Source of the DNA: Gammaproteobacteria bacterium
GTDB lineage: Bacteria; Pseudomonadota; Gammaproteobacteria; Burkholderiales; Burkholderiaceae_C
Direction: 5' to 3'
Assembly (NCBI GenBank): GCA_018815325.1
Contig: JAHIYE010000013.1
Span: 139,704-203,703, forward strand
Length of the DNA: 64,000 nt
Below are positions 29,022 through 39,015 of this stretch, piece after piece. Below the pieces are notes generated by a model. That model searched no databases, was not told the origin of the DNA, and saw nothing but the letters and a program-made list of their open reading frames with translations. The position numbers and the translations under genes were made by a program. How positions within the stretch are numbered: the first letter of the stretch is position 1; every line of letters begins with the position of its first letter.

Positions 29022-31385
29022 TCATTCCTGATCCAGCTTGGCCTGTCGCAGTCTTAGTGCATTGCTAATAACTGACGCAGAGCTCAAGCTCATCGCCAGC
29101 GCTGCGATGAGTGGAGACAGCAACCAACCAGTGAAGGGAAACAAGACTCCTGCAGCCAGTGGAACGCCTAGTGCGTTATAGATGAATGCAAAACCCAGGT
29201 TCTGCTTCATATTGGCCACGGCGGCCACTGATAGTGATCTTGCTGCAGCGATACCACGAAGATCGCCTTTGACCAGTGTGAGTTGCGCGCTGTTCATGGC
29301 TACATCCGTGCCTGTGCCCATTGCAATGCCAACATCTGCACGCGCCAACGCTGGAGCGTCATTGATGCCATCCCCCGCCATCGCTACAACACGACCTTCC
29401 TTCTGCAGTTTTTCCACCAGTTGTAGCTTGTCTGCTGGCTTAACTTCTCCATGCACTTCATCTATTCCCAAACGCTTGCCGACTGCTCGTGCAGTGGTCA
29501 GACCATCACCTGTAGCCATCACAATACGCAAGCCTGACTTGCGAAGCGCATTTAAAGCATCATGGGTTGTTGACTTGATTGGATCGGACACCGCCAGGAG
29601 TCCCGCCAACTTTCCGTCGACGGCCAAATGCATGACACTGGCCCCCTGAGCCCGCAACTCCTCTGCCTGACTCATCAATGTGGAGACCTCCACGCTGAGT
29701 TGCTCCATCAGTGCAGTGTTACCAAGGGCCAAGGCTTTGCCTTCGACAATACCGCGAACACCTATACCCGACTCGGAATCGAACTGCTCCGGCTTGGCAA
29801 GCGTAAGTCCCTGCTCTCTTGCAGCTGAAACGATGGCAGCTGCCAACGGATGTTCGCTCCCCTGATCCAGGCTTGCCGCAAGACGAAGTACCTCATCATC
29901 AGTGAAACCCGAGACTGCGATGGCTTTCTCAAAGGCCGGACGCCCTTCGGTAAGAGTGCCTGTCTTGTCGACAATAAGTGTGTCGATTTTTCTCAGATTT
30001 TCGATGGCTGCGGCATCCCGGAACAGCACCCCGTTTGTTGCACCTTTTCCAGTTGCAACCATGATGGACATTGGCGTGGCCAAGCCCAGTGCACAGGGAC
30101 ATGCAATGATCAAGACCGCCACCGCATTGATCAGGCCATAAGCCCAACTCGGTTGAGGACCGAAGAACCCCCATGCGAAAAATGTTATCAGCGCTATCAG
30201 TACTACGGTGACGACAAAGTAACCAGCAACGACGTCAGCCATTCGTTGCATCGGCGCTCTTGATCGTTGGGCTTGAGCCACCATCTGCACGATCTGTGAC
30301 AACACCGTCGCTGATCCAACGTGTTCCGATTGCATCACCAAGGCCCCACTTGTGTTCATGGTGGCACCGATCAATTTGTCGCCAGCACGTTTGGTTACCG
30401 GCAAAGGCTCGCCAGTAAGCATGGATTCATCCACGGCACTACTGCCTTCCATGACGATACCGTCCACCGGAACCTTTTCTCCGGGCCGTACGCGAAGTTT
30501 GTCACCAACATGAACGTTAGCAAGAGGGACGTCTTCCTCTGTGCCGTCTGCGGTAATACGACGTGCGGTCTTGGGTGCCAGCCCGAGCAATGATTTGATT
30601 GCCGCCGAAGTCTGCGAGCGGGCTTTAAGTTCCAGAATCTGACCAAAAAGAGTCAGCGAGATAATGACTGCGGCAGCCTCGAAGTAAACCGCCACGATCC
30701 CGTCAACGACGAATGTTGACGGAAATATGTGGGGTACGACAGTAGCCACCACGCTGTAGATGAAGGCCACCCCAGTACCAAGGCCAATCAGCGTCCACAT
30801 ATTGGGGCTACGATTAATGACAGACTGCACGCCTCGTACATAGAACGGCCAGCCGGCCCACAGCGCTACAGGCAGCGTTAACACAAGCTCGATCCATGTC
30901 TGTGTAGCAGGCTCGAACCAGGCCAGCCTGTGCCCCACCATGGCCAGAAATGTCACCACCACGGTGAACGGCAACGTCCACCAGAAGCGGCGCGTAAAGT
31001 CGTTCAGTTCAAGGTTTTCTTCGTCTTCCAACACAGGCATCATCGGTTCAAGTGTCATCCCGCATTTAGGGCAACTACCTGGTTGGCTTTGCCTTATCTC
31101 CGGATGCATCGGGCACGTATAGATCGTTCCCGCTGCCACCACTTGTGCTTCTTTGGGCGATGGCTTTACGGCACCTGTTGAATAGCGTGCCGGCTCAGCG
31201 ACGAACTTCGTGTGACACTTTTCACTGCAGAAATAGTAGGTTTGTCCTGCATATTCAATGTGATGCTCGGCTTGTACAGTCACAGGCATTCCGCACACTG
31301 GGTCTTTTATCCCCCCAGCCTCAGCAGCCACGTTCGGGTGATGATGGTTGTGCTCTACATGATCGTTATGTGAGTGCATATTCAT
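29022..31385 (-). CDS. copA: Copper(I)/silver-translocating P1B-type ATPase
   Basis: CPC in the TM region, [15 protein letters not shown]....P and MSLSS (Cu-type signatures). The N-terminus carries a YHS/TRASH motif (DPVCGM...[12 protein letters not shown]) and CPMHPE..CPKCGM. The start is set at MNMHSHND after an AAGGAG. Confidence 0.9.
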   Translation of the reverse strand: MNMHSHNDHVEHNHHHPNVAAEAGGIKDPVCGMPVTVQAEHHIEYAGQTYYFCSEKCHTKFVAEPARYSTGAVKPSPKEAQVVAAGTIYTCPMHPEIRQSQPGSCPKCGMTLEPMMPVLEDEENLELNDFTRRFWWTLPFTVVVTFLAMVGHRLAWFEPATQTWIELVLTLPVALWAGWPFYVRGVQSVINRSPNMWTLIGLGTGVAFIYSVVATVVPHIFPSTFVVDGIVAVYFEAAAVIISLTLFGQILELKARSQTSAAIKSLLGLAPKTARRITADGTEEDVPLANVHVGDKLRVRPGEKVPVDGIVMEGSSAVDESMLTGEPLPVTKRAGDKLIGATMNTSGALVMQSEHVGSATVLSQIVQMVAQAQRSRAPMQRMADVVAGYFVVTVVLIALITFFAWGFFGPQPSWAYGLINAVAVLIIACPCALGLATPMSIMVATGKGATNGVLFRDAAAIENLRKIDTLIVDKTGTLTEGRPAFEKAIAVSGFTDDEVLRLAASLDQGSEHPLAAAIVSAAREQGLTLAKPEQFDSESGIGVRGIVEGKALALGNTALMEQLSVEVSTLMSQAEELRAQGASVMHLAVDGKLAGLLAVSDPIKSTTHDALNALRKSGLRIVMATGDGLTTARAVGKRLGIDEVHGEVKPADKLQLVEKLQKEGRVVAMAGDGINDAPALARADVGIAMGTGTDVAMNSAQLTLVKGDLRGIAAARSLSVAAVANMKQNLGFAFIYNALGVPLAAGVLFPFTGWLLSPLIAALAMSLSSASVISNALRLRQAKLDQE

Positions 31386-31392
31386 AGCGCCA

Positions 31393-31653
31393 TTACTCCT
31401 TGCTTTTTGTTTTACTGACATCCGATGTGTGTTCATTTACTTCGCCATGCCCACCGTGACCATGAAACAGATGCATCAAAGGACAGGCCAGCAGTAAAAG
31501 GTAAACCCAATTTCCGGCAACGTGGCTCCAATGCTCACGCAACAGATAGAAGCCAATAATGGCAACGACCATCCACAGTGCAGTCCTTAGCGAATGGTTT
31601 ATTTCAGTTCCGCGACTTGAAGCGGCGTGATGTTCGTGATCTGTTGCAGTCAT
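31393..31653 (-). CDS. DUF2933-like small membrane protein
   Basis: TM helices followed by [12 protein letters not shown]. Paralogous to 27299-27505. The start is uncertain (31653 or 31692). Confidence 0.6.
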   Translation of the reverse strand: MTATDHEHHAASSRGTEINHSLRTALWMVVAIIGFYLLREHWSHVAGNWVYLLLLACPLMHLFHGHGGHGEVNEHTSDVSKTKSKE

Positions 31654-31706
31654 TTGTTTAAATCTTTCTGATACGGATCGGCACGAAAGCACCGATATTC
31701 TTTAGA

Positions 31707-31737
31707 AGAATAAACATTGACATCATGTCAATGTCAA
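31707..31737 (-). promoter_or_regulatory. MerR-type promoter with a perfect palindromic operator
   Basis: The minus strand reads TTGACA - 19 nt - TATTCT. The spacer holds the perfect 10-1-10 palindrome ACATTGACAT-N-ATGTCAATGT (31714-31734). It lies upstream of the DUF2933/Cu-ATPase operon. Confidence 0.7.
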
Positions 31738-32029
31738 GGCTTTCCCAAATTTCTATCTTTATTTACTATCTCGTTGGCTGTATCCATTCATACCCTGTAA
31801 CGTAAACGGTGCATAAAAGGACGTCATAGAGAGCATCGTTAGAACTCTTGTTCAGCTCCATAGATCGAGACTATGGAAGTCCTCTAGAAACTGTGTCTCT
31901 GATAACAAATATGAGGAATTCCGAATGACTGTCTCATTCTGAATGCTGTACCTGGGTACAGAGTCAAGTCGGAAATTTGAGTGATGCTGACGTCAGAGCG
32001 CAAGGCCCTACGTCAAACGAAGCAAGAGG

Positions 32030-32473
32030 CTATAACACCAGCCGAGAAAAGCGTGTGCGCAGAGGAACTGCGGATTCAGGTGTCGGCGTCTCGAGTAAAG
32101 AATTGCTAGCAGTAGCAACTGTCAATCTCTCTATCCACGTGATTGCAGGCGGTGGAGCAAGAGCGTACGTGGTCAGATCAAAGCTTGACGTTGATTTGCC
32201 GATGGTTTTCGCACCATCACCACATACTTTCAAGCATGCGCTTTTGCCCACATCTGAATTTTCCTCATGGCCCGAATCTGCTCCGGCGTGACCCGGTGAA
32301 ACTATGGGGACTTCTACAGCGAAGCTTGAGCTCGCATCAGACTCATGTATATGCGTACCTGAATCCTGCAGCACACATGCATTGGCCCAGCCTGTAGACA
32401 AGGCAAACATCCACACCAGCACCATTGCAGATGCAATGCGGCGTTTAATTCGGATGTTTGAAAAAAAGCTCAT
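32030..32473 (-). CDS. Small exported/anchored His/Cys-containing protein (paralog of 17137-17589)
   Basis: 147 aa with the same conserved blocks and the C-terminal PLRTRFSRLVL. Confidence 0.6.
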   Translation of the reverse strand: MSFFSNIRIKRRIASAMVLVWMFALSTGWANACVLQDSGTHIHESDASSSFAVEVPIVSPGHAGADSGHEENSDVGKSACLKVCGDGAKTIGKSTSSFDLTTYALAPPPAITWIERLTVATASNSLLETPTPESAVPLRTRFSRLVL

Positions 32474-32681
32474 TTCAACTCTTCAGATGTGAAGTCCATG
32501 ATATGCATGGGTACAGTAGAAGTATTGATCTATATCAAGAGAGATTCAGGCGGCGAGCATCTTAGAACTGGGCCGGTCACCGGCGCTACTGTTGAATTTC
32601 CAGATGGAAACAGCCTGCCTTTGAGCTAACGACTGATCTTTCCAAATACCCCGGAAATAGATGGCTCTGGTCTGATATTGC

Positions 32682-33104
32682 TCAATATCGCAATGTTTCA
32701 ATGATTGGGCACGGATGCATTTCCCCGGTTTTTTTACATTCCTCAATCAATGTAAGCAGGATTCTTTTCATTCTCCCTAAATCGGAGAGCTTGGCACTGA
32801 TCTGACTCAGACGTACCTCTGCCACTTCCTGCACTGCCCGGCGGTCACGCCCATCCTCCAAGCCCAACAAGGTCGAAATTTCATCCAGAGAGAAGCCCAA
32901 GCTTTGTGCCTTCTTGATGAACCCGATTCGTTTAACCAGTTTCCTGGGGTAATACCGGATTCCCCCTACCGAAGCAGGCACCGGCAAAAGTCCGCGCCCC
33001 TGATAGTAGCGAATCGTTTCCACTCCAACCATGGCAGCACGTGCAAGGCGACCAATCGTCAGGCCATCCTCCGTATCAGTATTTATCCGCCCCATATCAT
33101 TCAT
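32682..33104 (-). CDS. MerR-family metal-responsive regulator
   Basis: 140 aa with LTIGRLARAAMVGVETIRYYQGRGLL and a C-terminal ..HPCPII metal-binding loop, resembling MerR/CueR. Confidence 0.85.
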   Translation of the reverse strand: MNDMGRINTDTEDGLTIGRLARAAMVGVETIRYYQGRGLLPVPASVGGIRYYPRKLVKRIGFIKKAQSLGFSLDEISTLLGLEDGRDRRAVQEVAEVRLSQISAKLSDLGRMKRILLTLIEECKKTGEMHPCPIIETLRY

Positions 33105-33458
33105 GCCTCTTATTTAAATGACACTCTGCCATTAAACCCTTAACTGCACCAGCGGTGAGCGATTCTTGTATGTTGCAACTGGGTACGTGCAAGCCCATCG
33201 ACGTGAAAAATTCTTCCTCAGTGGTTTACCCGTGCACAGTGTCAGATTGTGCCGAGCTGCTGACTAAGCCCACACATGTACCGTCATCTACGCTCTGACA
33301 AGTCCAGACATTCTTGGTCCGCCCAAGCAGCCACAATGACGCTGCGCTAACTTAAACAACCACCAAGCACTCTCAATAAATAACGCCCTCATGGTTCGGC
33401 GTCTGACCAGGAGCACCCGTCGGAGGGATTACGCCTGTCCTTGGCTGTGAACACCCGA

Positions 33459-34778
33459 TCAATCCGCCGCCGGGGCAACCCAGCGCGACAGATACCGACG
33501 CTCGAACCCGAAAACTGCTGCGATGGCAATCAGGGCATAGGCAACAATCACAGGATCACTTCCGAGTTTCATCACCGTAAAAGCCACCAGCACTACAGCA
33601 TCGAACGCGAGCGCCATCAACAGCACTGCAGCAGCAGCACCGATTTCCTTGCGCCGGTAGCGGAACACGCCCCAGTGCACCACCATGTCCATGATGAGGT
33701 AGAAGAAGGCTCCGAGCGAGGCAATCCGACCGAGGTCGAAGAAGACCGCCAGTGCCGAGGCCATGACCACCGTATAGACAAGTGTGTGGCGCTGGATCGG
33801 CCCGGACATGCCGAAATGGCTGTGCGGAATCATCTTCATGCTCGTCAGCATCGCCAGCATTCGCGAAACCGCAAAGACACTGGCCAGCACGCCAGAGGCA
33901 GTGGCGACGGCAGCCAAAACGACGGTCAGGTAGAAGCCGATCTTTCCGAGCGCAGGTTCTGCCGCTGCCGCCAGAGAATAGTCACGCGCTGCGACGATCT
34001 GATCGATGGTCAAGCTCGCACCCACGCCGAACGCAACGAGCAGGTAGACAACAACACACAGAGCGATCGAGATCATGATGGCCCTGCCCACGTTGCGATG
34101 GGGATCGGTGACTTCAGCCCCGCTGTTGGTGATTGTCGTAAATCCCTTGAACGCGAGGATTGCCAATGCCGTCGATGCGACAAAGCCGGTTGCGCTGTAG
34201 GACTGATCAACCTGAGAGGCTGCGGCGAATTGGAAGCCACTCGACCAGAGCGCCGCGATGCCGAACATCGCAATGCCGGCGATCTTCAGTGTTGCCATGA
34301 CCAGCGAGAAGAGACCGACCGAGCGGTTTCCCGCGATGTTGACGAGAAAGGCAAAGACGATCACGCCGACGGCAAGGGCGGGCACCAGAGGTCCGCCATC
34401 GATATCAAAGGGTCTTAGAACATAAGCGGCGAACGTCCTCGCCACGAGACTTTCGGCAATCACCATGCTGAGGGCCATCAGCAGCGCCGCACCCGCGGCA
34501 ACCGCACCGGGACCGTAACACTTCTGCAGGATCATCGCAATCCCGCCTGCAGACGGCCAAGCGTTCGACATACGGATATAGCTATAGGCGCTGAACCCGG
34601 TAATGATGGCCCCCACCACAAACGCCAAAGGAAACAATGGGCCTGCCAGTTGTGCGATCTGGCCCGTGAGCGCGAAAATTCCGGCTCCTATCATGACGCC
34701 AGTGCCCATTGCTACCGCGCCGCCCAGAGTGATCGAACCCTTCTTGTAGCCGCTGTTCATGTTTTCGTGTTGCATCAT
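33459..34778 (-). CDS. APC-family amino acid permease
   Basis: About 12 TM helices with GAGIFALTGQIA near the N-terminus. The start is trimmed to MMQHENM. Confidence 0.75.
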   Translation of the reverse strand: MMQHENMNSGYKKGSITLGGAVAMGTGVMIGAGIFALTGQIAQLAGPLFPLAFVVGAIITGFSAYSYIRMSNAWPSAGGIAMILQKCYGPGAVAAGAALLMALSMVIAESLVARTFAAYVLRPFDIDGGPLVPALAVGVIVFAFLVNIAGNRSVGLFSLVMATLKIAGIAMFGIAALWSSGFQFAAASQVDQSYSATGFVASTALAILAFKGFTTITNSGAEVTDPHRNVGRAIMISIALCVVVYLLVAFGVGASLTIDQIVAARDYSLAAAAEPALGKIGFYLTVVLAAVATASGVLASVFAVSRMLAMLTSMKMIPHSHFGMSGPIQRHTLVYTVVMASALAVFFDLGRIASLGAFFYLIMDMVVHWGVFRYRRKEIGAAAAVLLMALAFDAVVLVAFTVMKLGSDPVIVAYALIAIAAVFGFERRYLSRWVAPAAD

Positions 34779-35054
34779 GTGTTGCTTTCCAAGTGACGGC
34801 GCATTGTCACCACCGAATGATGTAAATGTAAAGTTCACCAACGTTAGTCTGTGCCCACACAAGCCATCCGCTACATTGCCTGACCGATATTCCAGCTTCC
34901 CTTAGCCAGTCGTATCACTGAAATCTCCAAAAGGAAATTTTCCACTAACGATTCCAGATGAACGGGGACAGCACAAACACGGGAACTACATCTGTCACGT
35001 CACTTCTCAAACCCAGACGGCCATGCGGTGAACTGCACCAAGGTCTTCCGGTTA

Positions 35055-37016
35055 TCAGGCTGCACGTCGACCTCCTGACGCCACGCCCGGCGGCATGGGG
35101 CAATCCAGAACACTGGCGAATGCACGCAACAGCTCCACCTCTGCCGGCGTGGCTCTCTGATCGTGCCAGGTGCTGATGACGCAGGCCGTCAACAAACGTG
35201 ACTTGGCCGCGGGAGCCAATTGGTCCAGCTTGCCCAGGGCCTGATCCAGGTCCGCAATCCTGATCTGATCCTTCGCCAACAGTGCCAGTCCCTTCGCATC
35301 TAACGCTTGCGCGGAGGCTTCGAATGCGCTCTGGGCGCTGCTTTTATCCGTCGCGCCGGCGTGCGCAATCACAGACAAGACCAGTCCAAACTCCCGCTTG
35401 AGTTGTCCGGGATCCTCATGACGCACCGAAGTCAATGGTGTTTTGTGAAAATGCCCCTCCAGATGCCTGAACAGAATCTTCTGCAAGGACCATTCGAACA
35501 GGTCAACCCTGGCGTCCATGTTGATCAGCGCCACCAGGTTCTCCTTGAACGTCGGGAACTGGCCGTCTGACAGCTGCTTGAGGGCAGGAATGGCAATGTC
35601 GATGATCGGCAGCCGGAACCTCTTTTCTAGCGCATCCATCTGTGGCATCAAACTGATAGTCAACGCGTACACGTCCTTGTCGGCGCGACTCTGCAACAGC
35701 GCGAGTTGTTGCTCACGCGGCCCAGTCGCCTTGTCGAGCAGCAGGCAATAGATCACGGCCCGCGCGCCATAGGGTTCACGCGCTGCGTCTTGAATCGCCG
35801 CGGGCAAATCAGACAGCAACGACCGGGCGTACAGGACCGACTCCTGTGTCGGTTGCCCGATTCGATCCATCACCGCAATGGCGTCGGCCGCCGCTGCACC
35901 TGCCGCGATAGTCGCCATATTTCGGGCCATGTCAGGGCGTCGCGTGGCCGATGCGTCATCGACTGGCGGTTGACTCTCCGCTGGCGGTGGCGGTGGGGAA
36001 GCGTCGAACTTGCCATCCCACTGGGGATCGATCCGCAAGATGCGACTGGCAAGCGGTGGATGGGTGGACGACAGCCACTGTGTGAAGCCTGTCACACCCT
36101 GGGCGAAAAAGGCGTGGCTGACTTCAGGTGCGCCCGGGTTGCGCACGATGGAGCCAGACTTCAGAGCGCCAATCCTCTTCAATGCACCCGCGATTCCCAT
36201 CGCGTTGCGGGTGAACTGGACCGCCGACGCGTCAGCCAGGTACTCCCTCTGCCGGCTGACTGCAGCCTTGATCAGACCGCCGAAAAATGTACCGGCAAAG
36301 CCGATCACCATCAGCCCGACCGCCAGCGCCATTATTGCGGCACCGCTATTGTCGTTGCCGCGCCGGCGACCTGAGAATGAGGCCGAGTACATCAGGTAGT
36401 AGCCCAGAATGCCCAGAATCAGGATGCCGTTCAAAGCCCCCATCAAGCGCATGTTGAGCCGCATGTCGCCATTGAATATGTGACTGAACTCATGGGCGAT
36501 GACGCCCTGCAGCTGATCCCGGCTCAGCTGCTCGATCGCTCCCTGGGTAATTCCGAGTACCGCGTCGCGCGGCGAGAATCCCGCCGCGAAGGCATTGATG
36601 CCAGGCTCGTTGGCCAGCAGATAGACCGGGGGCGCCGGAGTTCCTGACGCGATGGCCATTTCATCGACGACATTGAGAAGCTTGCGTTGGTTGGGTTCCT
36701 CGGTATTGCGGGGAATCAACTGTCCACCCAGCGACTCGGCGACCACCTTGCCACCTGCAGACAAGGTCATCATCTTGTACAGGCTGCCGACAAGCACCAC
36801 TACGCTGACTCCCGCGCCCACGGTGGCAAACATCTTCCAGTCCATTTGCGCGAAAAATGTCTGGCCGTCACGCATCTGCTGGCTATTGACAAAACCAAAC
36901 ACCACCAGCGTCAGCACATTGGCCATGACGATCAATGCGATCACCGCGACACCAAACAGGACGATCAGCAAGGTCGTGTGCTTGTGCGCACGCTCCTGGG
37001 ATTCGAAAAAATTCAT
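35055..37016 (-). CDS. M48-family zinc metallopeptidase, membrane-bound
   Basis: 653 aa with TM helices flanking HEFSHIFNGD (HExxH) and a long C-terminal soluble domain. Confidence 0.8.
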   Translation of the reverse strand: MNFFESQERAHKHTTLLIVLFGVAVIALIVMANVLTLVVFGFVNSQQMRDGQTFFAQMDWKMFATVGAGVSVVVLVGSLYKMMTLSAGGKVVAESLGGQLIPRNTEEPNQRKLLNVVDEMAIASGTPAPPVYLLANEPGINAFAAGFSPRDAVLGITQGAIEQLSRDQLQGVIAHEFSHIFNGDMRLNMRLMGALNGILILGILGYYLMYSASFSGRRRGNDNSGAAIMALAVGLMVIGFAGTFFGGLIKAAVSRQREYLADASAVQFTRNAMGIAGALKRIGALKSGSIVRNPGAPEVSHAFFAQGVTGFTQWLSSTHPPLASRILRIDPQWDGKFDASPPPPPAESQPPVDDASATRRPDMARNMATIAAGAAAADAIAVMDRIGQPTQESVLYARSLLSDLPAAIQDAAREPYGARAVIYCLLLDKATGPREQQLALLQSRADKDVYALTISLMPQMDALEKRFRLPIIDIAIPALKQLSDGQFPTFKENLVALINMDARVDLFEWSLQKILFRHLEGHFHKTPLTSVRHEDPGQLKREFGLVLSVIAHAGATDKSSAQSAFEASAQALDAKGLALLAKDQIRIADLDQALGKLDQLAPAAKSRLLTACVISTWHDQRATPAEVELLRAFASVLDCPMPPGVASGGRRAA

Positions 37017-37044
37017 CGATCGCCCGCCAGACTATCAGCTTTGG

Positions 37045-37641
37045 TCAAAACGACACCTTCGGCGCTGCCTGGATCGCGGCGCTGTCGGCAAACTCCAGCA
37101 ACGCTGCGTCTTGAGCGTGGCCAAACATGGGCGCGAAAACAACTGTTGGGAAAGACTGCTTGTAGGTGTTGTAGGCCATCACCTGGTCATTGAATGCCTG
37201 GCGCGAAAATGAAACTTTGTTCTCCGTCGATGTGAGCTCTTCGCTCAGTTGCATCATGTTCTGGTTGGCCTTGAGGTCCGGATAAGCCTCCATCACCATC
37301 TTCATGTTCATCAGGGCGCCAGACAGCTTTCCTTCGGCGCCGACCAGATCCTTCATGGCGGCAGCATCACCGGGCGCCGCCGCGGCGCTGGACAGCATGC
37401 CGGACGCCTCGTTGCGCGCCTTGACGACCGACTCCAGCGTTTCACGCTCATGCTTGATGTACCCCTTGGCGGTCTCGACCAGATTGGGGATCAGGTCATA
37501 GCGACGTTTGAGCTGCACCTCAATCTGGGCAAAAGCATTCTTGTACCGATTCCTCAGCATGACCAGCTTGTTGAAGATCGCGATCAGGAGAAAGACCGCC
37601 AGTGCGATGACGACCAAAATGACTATCAGTGTGGTGCTCAT
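37045..37641 (-). CDS. lemA: LemA-family protein
   Basis: 198 aa with an N-terminal TM helix and RRYDLIPNLVETAKGY plus FNDQVMAYNT motifs. Confidence 0.85.
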   Translation of the reverse strand: MSTTLIVILVVIALAVFLLIAIFNKLVMLRNRYKNAFAQIEVQLKRRYDLIPNLVETAKGYIKHERETLESVVKARNEASGMLSSAAAAPGDAAAMKDLVGAEGKLSGALMNMKMVMEAYPDLKANQNMMQLSEELTSTENKVSFSRQAFNDQVMAYNTYKQSFPTVVFAPMFGHAQDAALLEFADSAAIQAAPKVSF

Positions 37642-37697
37642 GTATTGCCTTTTGATTTGGTTGTTCGGAACTTCGGAGAAATGCGCTGATTTGACAT

Positions 37698-38003
37698 TTA
37701 TTTGACCGCGGGCACTGCGTGGCCGGTTCGCCGTATACCTTCACAAGATATAACTAACGTCCGACGTTTATTCGAGCAGGTCAAGGTCATTTGGTTCAAT
37801 GATTCGCGGGCTGATTCACACGCCAGCGCCAGTTGCGGGTCTCCGGCATGTCCTTCCCATGCGGGTTGATATAGCTTCAGGTGCTCAACCAGTTGCTGGC
37901 TGAGATGGCGCTTCAGATCGGCACGCTCATCATCAAACTGCTGCAGCGGCCCAGGGCGTTCACAGAAAGGAAGAGTGGTTCTTAGCTTTTCAGAGTTTCT
38001 CAA
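37698..38003 (-). CDS. Hypothetical protein
   Basis: 101 aa ORF upstream of lemA with a helical, Q/E/L-rich sequence. No motif recognised. Confidence 0.3.
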   Translation of the reverse strand: MRNSEKLRTTLPFCERPGPLQQFDDERADLKRHLSQQLVEHLKLYQPAWEGHAGDPQLALACESARESLNQMTLTCSNKRRTLVISCEGIRRTGHAVPAVK

Positions 38004-38316
38004 GCTTCTCGTTCCGCAGTGGTGACCTGCCTCTCACACCATGCCTTTCAAAATTCGGAGGTCATGGTTGCAAGGTTAATCTCATTCTATGAGTCTCAAC
38101 CTTACAAAGAGATAACATTTTAATTACGAAAACTCAAGCTTCAGTAATTTTGTTTTTCGTGGTCCTGAAACAGTGCTGTGCACTCACCAAATTGAACTTA
38201 TAGACTAAAGATTGCTCAAGAATTGGTGTGAGTTAACCCTCTCAATAAATCATTTTTGATTACAAGGATGTAATGTTCATGGGTGCACAATTTAGCGACA
38301 ATTTTTAGGAGTGGCA

Positions 38317-39015
38317 ATGCGAATTCTGGTCGTAGAAGACGAAATAAAACTTGCTGCTTATGTATGTCAAGGTCTCCGCGAAAACAACTATATCGTCGAT
38401 GTTGCTCACAACGGCATTGATGCACTCCACCTTGCCAGCTGTGGGGACTATCAATTAATTTTGTTAGACGTAATGCTTCCTGGCTTAAATGGACTCGGCG
38501 TATTGACGGCAATTCGAAAAATAAAATCCACGCCTATTCTGATGCTGACAGCTCGCGATAAAGTGGAAGACAAAGTTCGAGGACTTGAAGATGGCGCAGA
38601 TGATTATCTGGTCAAGCCCTTCGCTTTTTCCGAACTACTAGCACGTGTACAAGCATTGCTTCGCCGCGGCATCGACAACGCCCCTATCGAGGCAACAAGC
38701 TTGCATTTAGCAGATTTGGAAATTGATTTTCTGAAGCGCAGGGTTTCGCGTGCAGGCGTACAACTACACCTGACAACCAAGGAGTTTAGTTTGCTGGCAG
38801 TTCTGCTACGCCGACAAGGCCGTGTACTAGCAAAAACGACACTAGCAGAACAAGTTTGGGACATGAATTTCGACAGCGACACAAACGTAGTGGAAGTTGC
38901 AGTCAGGCGGCTTAGAGCAAAACTGGATGATCCATTTCCAGTCAAACTATTGCACACAATTCGTGGCATGGGCTATGTGCTGGAACTACGCGATACAGCT
39001 GCCCCACTTAAATGA
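38317..39015 (+). CDS. Heavy-metal response regulator (OmpR family)
   Basis: MRILVVEDE..., DVMLPGLNG and a winged-helix C-terminus (TIRGMGYVL). An AGGAG lies 5 nt upstream of the ATG. Confidence 0.9.
   Translation: MRILVVEDEIKLAAYVCQGLRENNYIVDVAHNGIDALHLASCGDYQLILLDVMLPGLNGLGVLTAIRKIKSTPILMLTARDKVEDKVRGLEDGADDYLVKPFAFSELLARVQALLRRGIDNAPIEATSLHLADLEIDFLKRRVSRAGVQLHLTTKEFSLLAVLLRRQGRVLAKTTLAEQVWDMNFDSDTNVVEVAVRRLRAKLDDPFPVKLLHTIRGMGYVLELRDTAAPLK

Noticed and set aside
33441-34418. 325-aa plus-strand ORF rich in H/R/D/E
   Set aside because: It is antisense to a well-supported 12-TM permease gene. Its composition is typical of a shadow frame in GC-rich DNA.
34821-34866. A possible third copy of the duplicated MerR-type promoter module, upstream of the permease
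   Set aside because: It shares only ATGTAAA and a GTGC..CAAG fragment. The spacing between the putative hexamers is about 23 nt, and the 17-mer core is not conserved.
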